Shown: positions 57,870 to 64,000 of the stretch, piece after piece
How the letters are laid out: each line of letters begins with the position of its first letter
How positions within the stretch are numbered: the first letter of the stretch is position 1
Source: an uncultured Devosiaceae bacterium
GTDB taxonomy: Bacteria > Pseudomonadota > Alphaproteobacteria > Rhizobiales > Devosiaceae
Assembly: GCA_964574935.1 (NCBI GenBank)
Contig: CAZNOZ010000001.1
Coordinates: forward strand, 1,227-65,226
Length of the DNA: 64,000 nucleotides
Direction: 5' to 3'
The notes under the pieces: generated by a model
The model's input: the letters and a program-made list of their open reading frames with translations, nothing else
What the model was told of the DNA's origin: nothing
Database searches by the model: none
Made by a program: the position numbers and the translations under genes

Positions 57870-58412
57870 CTACTGGGCGGCCTGCGCCGCTTCCGGCTGC
57901 GCCAGGGCGACGAGTTCGTCTTTGTGTTCAATGAGATACTTGCGGTGTTGCCGAAGCGAGGCCAGGCCGTAGTCCAAAATCCAGCGCTCGGTGGGCTTCA
58001 GGTCCCGCTCTTCGAGCTCCTCCAAATTCGAGACATGCGCCTCGACCGCGCAGATGCGCTCTGCGATGCGTTTTTCAACCAGCGCCGCAGGCAATTCGGA
58101 CGCGAAACGCGCGAACAACAGGAATTCGCAGCGATAGCTGTCATCCACCAGGGGCTCGAACAGCGAGTCCAGAAGCACCCGGCGGCCCGTTTCGGTGATC
58201 GAATAGACCTTGCGCGCAGGCCGCCCCTTCTGCTCCTCGACGCGACTGGTGACGAGCCCGTCCTGCTCCAGCTTGGCGAGCGCCGGATAGATCGAGCCGT
58301 AGCTCGCCTCGACGAAATAGGCGTACTCGCCTTCCGTCGACTGCTTGCGAATGTCGTATCCGGTGGTCTCGCCATCGAACAGAATGGCGAGGCAAATGGT
58401 GCGCACGTTCAA
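57870..58412 (-). CDS. PadR-family transcriptional regulator
   Basis: ICLAILFDGETTGYDIRKQSTEG...YGSIYPALAKLEQDGLVTSRVEEQKGRPARKVYSITETG is a PadR winged helix. The TTG start at 58412 lies 8 nt after GGGAGGG; the GTG at 58406 is an alternative. Confidence 0.82.
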   Translation of the reverse strand: MNVRTICLAILFDGETTGYDIRKQSTEGEYAYFVEASYGSIYPALAKLEQDGLVTSRVEEQKGRPARKVYSITETGRRVLLDSLFEPLVDDSYRCEFLLFARFASELPAALVEKRIAERICAVEAHVSNLEELEERDLKPTERWILDYGLASLRQHRKYLIEHKDELVALAQPEAAQAAQ

Positions 58413-58443
58413 GGGGCGACCCTCCCTCAGGATATATCGGGCG

Positions 58444-58471
58444 TATATATATAGCGCGGATACGTTTGCAA
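58444..58471 (-). promoter_or_regulatory. Candidate sigma70-type promoter of the padR-MFP-RND operon
   Basis: The minus strand reads TTGCAA (58471-58466), a 16-nt spacer, then TATATA (58449-58444). The -35 element is embedded in the palindrome at 58465-58486. Confidence 0.4.
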
Positions 58472-58486
58472 GCACGTGCCTGCAAA
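58465..58486. promoter_or_regulatory. Candidate PadR operator: 22-bp near-perfect palindrome
   Basis: TTTGCAAGCACGTGCCTGCAAA compared with its reverse complement TTTGCAGGCACGTGCTTGCAAA has 2 symmetric mismatches. It lies 53-74 nt upstream of the padR start. Confidence 0.5.
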
Positions 58487-58531
58487 TGAGTTATGCGCGG
58501 CATGCATATCGGCGCGGGCGGTTAAGGGGAG

Positions 58532-59335
58532 CTAAATCAGGTCGCGCATCCGTGTCGCGCAGCGGGCGGCGAGGTCTGCATCGGAGGCGGCGACGAACAT
58601 CGGATTGAGGAAGGACCGCTCCGGCCGACCGTAGCGCATGGGGGCGCCGTCGATGTCGATCACCGTTCCGCCGGCGGCCTCCAGGACCGCCTGGCCGGCG
58701 GCCGTGTCCCATTCGCAGGTCGGCCCGAATCTCGGATAGAGGCGCGCCCGACCCGAGGCGAGCAAACAGAACTTGAGCGACGAACCGACCGAGACGTCTT
58801 CGGCGATCCCGAGATCCTCGATGAGCGTCTTGAGGGCCGCGTGACCGTGCGACCGGCTGGCGACCACGTTGACGGGGCCCGAGGTGGCGACCTGGATACG
58901 CCGCCGCTCGCCCGCCGACATGTCGGCTATCTCTTGCGTGAAGGCGCCGGCCGCGTCGCCGGCATAAAGAGTGCCCAGGGCCGGCGCCAGCACCACGCCG
59001 GAAACCGGTTTTCCCGCCTCCACCAGCGCGATGTTGACCGTGAATTCGCCGTTTCGGTGCACGAACTCCTTGGTGCCGTCCAATGGATCGACGAGGAAGA
59101 ACCGGTCCCCGAGCTCCGGCACGACGCCCGACTGCACGGCCTCTTCGGCCACGATCGGCACTCCGAGCGGCGCCAGCGCGTCCACGATGATCGCCTCGGA
59201 CCGCTTGTCGGCTTCGGTGACCGGGGAGCCGTCGGCCTTTTGGGTGGCCGTGAATTCGGTGGCGTAGACCTCAGAGACGGCTTCACCCGCCGTCAGCGCC
59301 GCGGCCACCATGGCTTCGAGGATTTCGCCCGACAT
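58532..59335 (-). CDS. cysQ: 3'(2'),5'-bisphosphate nucleotidase
   Basis: GAGGGG lies 4 nt upstream of ATG 59335. KADGSPVTEADKRSE, LVDPLDGTKEF, WDTAAGQAVLEAAGG. Confidence 0.85.
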   Translation of the reverse strand: MSGEILEAMVAAALTAGEAVSEVYATEFTATQKADGSPVTEADKRSEAIIVDALAPLGVPIVAEEAVQSGVVPELGDRFFLVDPLDGTKEFVHRNGEFTVNIALVEAGKPVSGVVLAPALGTLYAGDAAGAFTQEIADMSAGERRRIQVATSGPVNVVASRSHGHAALKTLIEDLGIAEDVSVGSSLKFCLLASGRARLYPRFGPTCEWDTAAGQAVLEAAGGTVIDIDGAPMRYGRPERSFLNPMFVAASDADLAARCATRMRDLI

Positions 59336-59343
59336 CTGTCCCC

Positions 59344-60216
59344 TCAACCGCCGATCTCGATGTCGAGGCCGATATCGAGCGGCGGCGCGCCCAGCGTGAT
59401 GGCCGACGTGGAGATGAACTCGACCCCGGTTTCGGCGACCGCCCGCACCGTTTCGAGGGTCACCCCGCCCGACGCTTCGAGCCTCGCCGCCCCGCCGGCG
59501 TGCTTGACCGCGGCGCGCAATTCGTCGGGCGACATGTTGTCGAGCAGCACGGCAGTGGCGCCGGCCCCCAGCGCCGCGTCGAGCTCGTCGAGGCTGGTGA
59601 CCTCGACCTCGATCGCGGTCAGATGCCCCGCGAAGGCTCTCGCGGCCTCGACGGCCGCCGCCACGCCGCCGGCCACCGCGATATGGTTGTCCTTGATCAA
59701 AATGGCGTCGTCGAGCCCGTAGCGATGATTGACGCCGCCACCGACGCGGACGGCGTATTTCTCGAAGGCCCTGAGCCCCGGCGTCGTCTTGCGGGTGCAG
59801 GTGATGCGCGCCCCGGTGCCCTCGACAGCCTCAACGAACCTGTGCGTCGCCGTCGCGATCCCACTGAGATGGTTGAGGAAATTGAGGGCGGTGCGTTCCG
59901 CGCCGAGGATCAGGCGGGCGTTGCCGGCGACCGCCGCGATCGTCTGGCCCGGGGTCACCGCCTCGCCGTCGGCAATCGAGGCGCGGAACTCCAAACCCGG
60001 CCCGATCAATCGGAACGCCGCCGCCGCGAGCTCGAGACCGCACACGACCCCCGGCTCGCGGGCCCTGAAGACGGCTCGCGCGGTCGCGTCCGCAGGCAGG
60101 GTGGCCTGGCTGGTGATGTCCCCGGCGAGCCCCAGGTCCTCCTCCAGGGCGCCGCGCACCGCCCGGTCGACGAGCGGCCGGCTGAGTTCGGCCTTGTGAG
60201 GCGCGGACGCGCGCAT
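59344..60216 (-). CDS. nadC: Nicotinate-nucleotide diphosphorylase (carboxylating) / quinolinate phosphoribosyltransferase
   Basis: ATG 60216. LEEDLGLAGDITS, ERTALNFLNHLSGIAT, TRKTTPGLR, LIKDNHI, LLDNMSP. Confidence 0.92.
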   Translation of the reverse strand: MRASAPHKAELSRPLVDRAVRGALEEDLGLAGDITSQATLPADATARAVFRAREPGVVCGLELAAAAFRLIGPGLEFRASIADGEAVTPGQTIAAVAGNARLILGAERTALNFLNHLSGIATATHRFVEAVEGTGARITCTRKTTPGLRAFEKYAVRVGGGVNHRYGLDDAILIKDNHIAVAGGVAAAVEAARAFAGHLTAIEVEVTSLDELDAALGAGATAVLLDNMSPDELRAAVKHAGGAARLEASGGVTLETVRAVAETGVEFISTSAITLGAPPLDIGLDIEIGG

Positions 60217-60388
60217 GGACGGCCCTTGATCGGAAGAGGGTGGAAATCCGGCGCCCGGTTTACGCGCCGGCGCCGGGGCGCGCAACCGCGGCTCACATGC
60301 GCGCTCACCTGCTGTTGACCGCAGGTGATTTTGCAGCCGGTTAAGTGCCTGACAGGTTCGTCTCCTATTTGATGTGGAGGAGGACGAA

Positions 60389-60952
60389 ATGCAGCGAAGT
60401 GGATTTCTGACAGTGGCTGCCGGCGCGGTGGCCGTTTCGATGATGGTGGCTTCGGCGGGGCTGAGCCAGTCGCCGCCCTTTGGCAATCCCGAGGATGTCG
60501 CCTACGCCGGCAAGGTCTGGGCCGCCATGCAGGACCGCGGCGTCGCCGGCGTCGAGGGCGAAAACGTGGTGCGGGGCTTTCCCCACGCGGGCACCGAACC
60601 GCACGGATTTGTCCTGGACACGCTCTATGTGAAGGCGACCATCGACGGACACACCGGCGACCTCGTGGTCAAGCGCAACTACGGTCCGGAAGGCGTCACC
60701 GTCGAAGACGTCCAGAACGCCGCCGCCGACCATCTCGCGGCCATCACCATCATGTTCAAGCGCGAGGCCGGATACGACGCGGACAACGCCGACTGGTTCT
60801 GGGCCAAGTACCTGCCGGACGGCACTCTGGACCAGAACCCCGCTGGCCTGCCGCTGGCGGGACGCGTCGCCAAGGGCATGGATGCGGGGTGCATCGCGTG
60901 TCATACCGGCGCCGGAGACGATCGGCTGTTCACCACCGACCACATTCAGTGA
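60389..60952 (+). CDS. Periplasmic mono-haem protein, cytochrome P460-family-like
   Basis: GGAGGAGG upstream of ATG 60389. Signal peptide MQRSGFLTVAAGAVAVSMMVASAGLSQ, ADWFWAKYLPDG, single C-terminal haem motif CIACH. Confidence 0.55.
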   Translation: MQRSGFLTVAAGAVAVSMMVASAGLSQSPPFGNPEDVAYAGKVWAAMQDRGVAGVEGENVVRGFPHAGTEPHGFVLDTLYVKATIDGHTGDLVVKRNYGPEGVTVEDVQNAAADHLAAITIMFKREAGYDADNADWFWAKYLPDGTLDQNPAGLPLAGRVAKGMDAGCIACHTGAGDDRLFTTDHIQ

Positions 60953-60968
60953 TCGGCTGGCCTGTGGC

Positions 60969-62390
60969 TCACACCGCGATTTCATTGCCGTAGGCGGCGC
61001 GCATTTCCGCGATCTCGGCGAGCGCCGCGTTCAGGGGCGCCCAATTGTCGTCTTCGGCGATGGGCGCCCACAGCGCTTCCATCTCGTCGATCAGCATGGT
61101 GCGCGGCGTCCGCCGGGCAAAGTAGGGGTGGCCGAGCACCTCGGATGCGGCCGGCAGGTAGTCGGCCAAGCCCTGGCGCACGGCATCGAAATGCTCTGAA
61201 TTGTAGTGATCGGCCGCCGGACTATCGGCTGCGCGGGCGCCGCTCAACGTGCCGCCCCGCCAGTCGAACAGCACCTGCTCGTAGGGTGCCTCGGATTGGG
61301 CGAGGAACGTGAACAGCGAAGTCACCAACGCGGAATCGGGCTCGGCGCCGCGTGCCTTCAGCCCCAGCCGGTCGAGCATCGCCGTCACCACCTCCATGCG
61401 ATAGGCAGGCGCGAAGGCGGCCAGCGCCTCGTTCAGCGCCTCCGCCGAGGCGAACGGCAGCAGGCACTCGCCGAGCCGCGTCAGGTTCCAGGCCAGCGCC
61501 TCGGCCTGCCGTCCGAAGCTGTAGAGCCCGGTCTGGTCGAAATAGGCGGCGGTGAAATCGGGGTCGAAGTGCGGCAGGAACCGCCAGGGGCCGTAGTCGA
61601 AGCTCTCCCCGGTGATGTTGATGTTGTCGGAGTTGAGCACCCCGTGCACGAAGCCGGCCGCCGTCCACCGAGCGCCGGTCCGCGCGACGTTTTCGCAAAC
61701 CTGGCGTAGGAAGGCGGCCGCCGATTGCGCGATGTCGGCGCCGGCGACCTCCGGCAGGTAGGTGGCGATCGAATAGTCCAGCAGCCGCCTGAGATTGTCG
61801 GTGTCGCTCAAAAAGGCGAGCCGCTGGAACGAGCCGATCCGGATATGCGAGTGGCTGAGCCTGACCAGCACCGACGAGCGGGTCGGGGAGGGCTCGTCGT
61901 GACGCACGAGGCTCTCGCCGGTCTCGATGAGGGAGAACGTGCGCGAGGTGTCGACCCCCAGCGCCTCCAGCATCTCGCTGGCCAGGAGCTCCCGCACGCC
62001 CCCTTTGAGGGTCAGCCGTCCGTCGGCGCCGCGCGACCACGGCGTCTGGCCGCTGCCCTTGGTGCCCAGATCCATCAGCCGCCCGTCCTCGAGGTCATGG
62101 AGCTGGGCGAAGAGAAAGCCGCGCCCGTCGCCGAGCTCGGGGTTGTAGACCCGAAACTGGTGGCCGTGATAGCGCAGCGCCAGCGGCGCTTCGTAGCTGC
62201 CCGGCAGCGGCTCGAAGCGGCCGAAATGCGCGGTCCATTCGGCGTCGTCGAGCCCGTCGAGCCCCACGCGCCGCGCCCAGCGCTGGTTGCGGTAGCGCAC
62301 GATGAGCTTGGGAAATTGCGCCGCCTCGACGACGTCGTAGAATTCGTCGCCGAGGTCGGCATGGCGGGTCGAGGGGCGCGTGCGTGGCAT
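60969..62390 (-). CDS. selO: Protein adenylyltransferase SelO (YdiU/UPF0061)
   Basis: ATG 62390. ALRYHGHQFRVYNPELGDGRGFLF, LKGGVRELLASEMLEALGV, RIGSFQ and HGVLNSDNINITGESFDYGPW form the kinase-like fold. Confidence 0.9.
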   Translation of the reverse strand: MPRTRPSTRHADLGDEFYDVVEAAQFPKLIVRYRNQRWARRVGLDGLDDAEWTAHFGRFEPLPGSYEAPLALRYHGHQFRVYNPELGDGRGFLFAQLHDLEDGRLMDLGTKGSGQTPWSRGADGRLTLKGGVRELLASEMLEALGVDTSRTFSLIETGESLVRHDEPSPTRSSVLVRLSHSHIRIGSFQRLAFLSDTDNLRRLLDYSIATYLPEVAGADIAQSAAAFLRQVCENVARTGARWTAAGFVHGVLNSDNINITGESFDYGPWRFLPHFDPDFTAAYFDQTGLYSFGRQAEALAWNLTRLGECLLPFASAEALNEALAAFAPAYRMEVVTAMLDRLGLKARGAEPDSALVTSLFTFLAQSEAPYEQVLFDWRGGTLSGARAADSPAADHYNSEHFDAVRQGLADYLPAASEVLGHPYFARRTPRTMLIDEMEALWAPIAEDDNWAPLNAALAEIAEMRAAYGNEIAV

Positions 62391-62458
62391 CGAGACCAAG
62401 GTAGGCGCGCGGGCACGGCGGCGCCAGATGGGGGGGCGAAGGGGCCGATACTGGCGCG

Positions 62459-63043
62459 CTAGGGGCTCACCACGACGATGGCCGAAGACGAAGCGCGGCC
62501 CTTGCAACGGTAGCTGTGGGGAACGCTCGAGTCGAAATAGACGGCATCGCCCTCCTCGAGCACCGTCTCCGCGCCGTCGATATCGAGCACGAGCTGCCCG
62601 CCCAACACGTAGATGAACTCGGCGCCGTCATGCTGGTGGGGCTCCGAGGCGTTTGTTCGCGCGGGGAATTCGGCCAGGAACGCCTCCATCTTCCGATCGG
62701 TCGCCGGGTAGTCGAGACTCTCGAAAATGTAGGACGGTTGTGGATCGCCGGCGGGATTGGGCAGGCGGATGCGGTCGGTCTTGCGGACCACAGCAACCAT
62801 CGGCCGGTCGCTGTCGTCGGTGAAGAAGTGCTCCAGACCGACCCCGAACACCAGGGCGATGCGCAACAGCGTCGGCAATGTCGGAAACAGCTTGCCCCGC
62901 TCGATTTTCGACAACATCGCCGGCGAGAGCCCCGTGTGCTCCCCCAATTGCACCAGACCGAGCTTCTTCTTCTGGCGAAGCGCCCGGATTTGCGGGCCGA
63001 TCGCGTAGCGCTCCAGACCTGTCGTCAGCGTTTCCGAGAGCAT
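62459..63043 (-). CDS. XRE-family HTH + cupin transcriptional regulator
   Basis: IRALRQKKKLGLVQLGEHTGLSPAMLSKIERGK is the HTH_3 domain. HQHDGAEFIYVLGGQLVL...GDAVYFDSSVPHSY is the cupin domain. The ATG at 63043 is preferred; the GTG at 63064 is an alternative. Confidence 0.85.
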   Translation of the reverse strand: MLSETLTTGLERYAIGPQIRALRQKKKLGLVQLGEHTGLSPAMLSKIERGKLFPTLPTLLRIALVFGVGLEHFFTDDSDRPMVAVVRKTDRIRLPNPAGDPQPSYIFESLDYPATDRKMEAFLAEFPARTNASEPHQHDGAEFIYVLGGQLVLDIDGAETVLEEGDAVYFDSSVPHSYRCKGRASSSAIVVVSP

Positions 63044-63256
63044 CACGCCGCCCTTCGATTTCACTCTTGTTCAAAACCGCCGAACACTATTCTACCTAAA
63101 AGAAAATGGCAATTCCTATCACGAAAACTTGTAGTGGAAGTAAAATTAGATTGAACTATGTGAAAGGGCAAGGGCGCCACCGAGCCGGGTCGGTTTGGCG
63201 GGCGATCCCGAAGAGAGGCGTCCGGGTTCGAGCCCGGCAAACACGGAGAAAATGCA

Positions 63257-63748
63257 ATGAAGTCCATTCCGAAATTCGCAGTCGCCGCGGTCGCTGCCGT
63301 CGGCATTGTGGCGGCAAGTGCCAGCGCGCGCGCCGCCGACATTGTCGACACCGCTGTGGCGGCCGGTCAGTTCAACACCCTGGCGACGGCGCTTGGCGCG
63401 GCCGGGCTGGTCGAAACGCTGAAAGGGCCGGGGCCGTTCACCGTCTTCGCGCCGACCGACGAGGCGTTCGCCAAGCTTCCGGCCGGCACCGTCGAATCGC
63501 TTCTGATGCCGGAGAACAAGGATCAGCTTGTCGCGATCCTGACCTACCACGTGGTTCCCGGCACGGTGATGGCCGCTGATGTGGTCAAGCTCACCGAGGC
63601 GACGACCGTCAACGGCAAGATGATCGAAATCGCCGTCGACGGCGGCATGGTGAAGATCAACGATGCCACGGTCACAGTCGTCGACATCGCGGCGACCAAC
63701 GGCGTCATCCACGTCATCGACAGCGTGATCCTCCCCCCGAGCGACTGA
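63257..63748 (+). CDS. Secreted fasciclin (FAS1) domain protein
   Basis: Signal peptide [56 protein letters not shown]. Confidence 0.9.
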   Translation: MKSIPKFAVAAVAAVGIVAASASARAADIVDTAVAAGQFNTLATALGAAGLVETLKGPGPFTVFAPTDEAFAKLPAGTVESLLMPENKDQLVAILTYHVVPGTVMAADVVKLTEATTVNGKMIEIAVDGGMVKINDATVTVVDIAATNGVIHVIDSVILPPSD

Positions 63749-63757
63749 CGGTGACGA

Positions 63758-63784
63758 CCGGGTCGCCGGCCGTCGGCGACCCGG
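63758..63784 (+). terminator. Intercistronic GC-rich hairpin after the fasciclin gene (no U-tract)
   Basis: CCGGGTCGCC - GGCCGTC - GGCGACCCGG, 10 nt after the stop at 63748 and 28 nt before the next ATG. Confidence 0.35.
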
Positions 63785-63811
63785 CCCCCCAACACAGAAC
63801 GGAGAAAGCAA

Positions 63812-64000
63812 ATGAAATCCCTCAATCTGGCCACCCTCGCGCTGGTCATCGTGGGCGGCGTGAACTGGGGCCTGGTCGGTCTGTTTGGATTCGACCTGGT
63901 CGCGACCATCTTCGGCGCCGGGTCGATTCTGTCGCGCCTGGTCTACGTCGTGGTCGGCCTGTCGGCGCTGTGGCAGCTCGTTCCGCTCGTCGCTTCATTC
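63812..64000 (+). CDS. DUF378-domain small membrane protein (3'-partial, runs off the window)
   Basis: GGAGAA upstream of ATG 63812. My translation is MKSLNLATLALVIVGGVNWGLVGLFGFDLVATIFGAGSILSRLVYVVVGLSALWQLVPLVASF. GGxNWGLVGxFxFDLV is the DUF378 signature. There is no stop before nt 64000. Confidence 0.7.
   Translation, partial: MKSLNLATLALVIVGGVNWGLVGLFGFDLVATIFGAGSILSRLVYVVVGLSALWQLVPLVASF

Noticed and set aside
60969-62390. Selenocysteine or recoding in selO
   Set aside because: The ORF is continuous with no in-frame TGA, and no SECIS-like hairpin is needed. Bacterial SelO homologues carry Cys or no Sec.
63222-63237. tRNA gene suggested by the T-arm-like CCGGG-TTCGAGC-CCCGG
   Set aside because: The 7 nt after the arm (CAAACAC) have no complementary GTGTTTG about 65-70 nt upstream. 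No D-arm or anticodon arm can be drawn. It is kept only as a structured-leader observation.

Overview
Visibly GC-rich, alphaproteobacterial-looking chromosomal segment, almost fully coding. I call 59 protein genes. I found no rRNA, tRNA, CRISPR array, IS or prophage signature. Many long out-of-frame or antisense ORFs in the track are GC-rich shadow ORFs and are rejected.

Layout:
- 1-2.7 kb: GH2 beta-mannosidase-like gene (5'-partial) and a D-lyxose/mannose isomerase.
- 2.8-12.3 kb, minus strand: an operon of aldehyde dehydrogenase, Liv-type substrate-binding protein, livH, livM, livG and a final 1,032-codon ORF. It is transcribed divergently from an AraC-family regulator. The final ORF fuses a LivF ATPase, a short-chain dehydrogenase and a second aldehyde dehydrogenase with no stop codon at either junction.
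- 13.6-22.3 kb: pcaQ plus a single compact pcaD-C-H-G-I-J-F-B-pobA operon, covering the whole route from 4-hydroxybenzoate through protocatechuate and beta-ketoadipate to the TCA cycle.
- 22.3-64 kb: mostly housekeeping and envelope genes. These are uxaA-like, dusA, cobS/cobT, moaA, rpiA, gor, class II DAHP synthase, nadE, gltX, cysS, cimA, cysQ, nadC and selO.
- Interspersed small modules: cobS plus a retropepsin-like protease, a histidine kinase plus an unknown membrane protein, two tandem cytochromes c', two tandem GFA proteins coupled to cysS, ArsR-Atm1, padR-MFP-RND, a P460-like haem protein, XRE-cupin/fasciclin/DUF378.

The most unusual feature is the tri-domain LivF-SDR-ALDH ORF, a candidate transport-coupled oxidation module feeding the pob/pca pathway. 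All calls rest on reading the sequence and the ORF translations by eye. No database search was possible.
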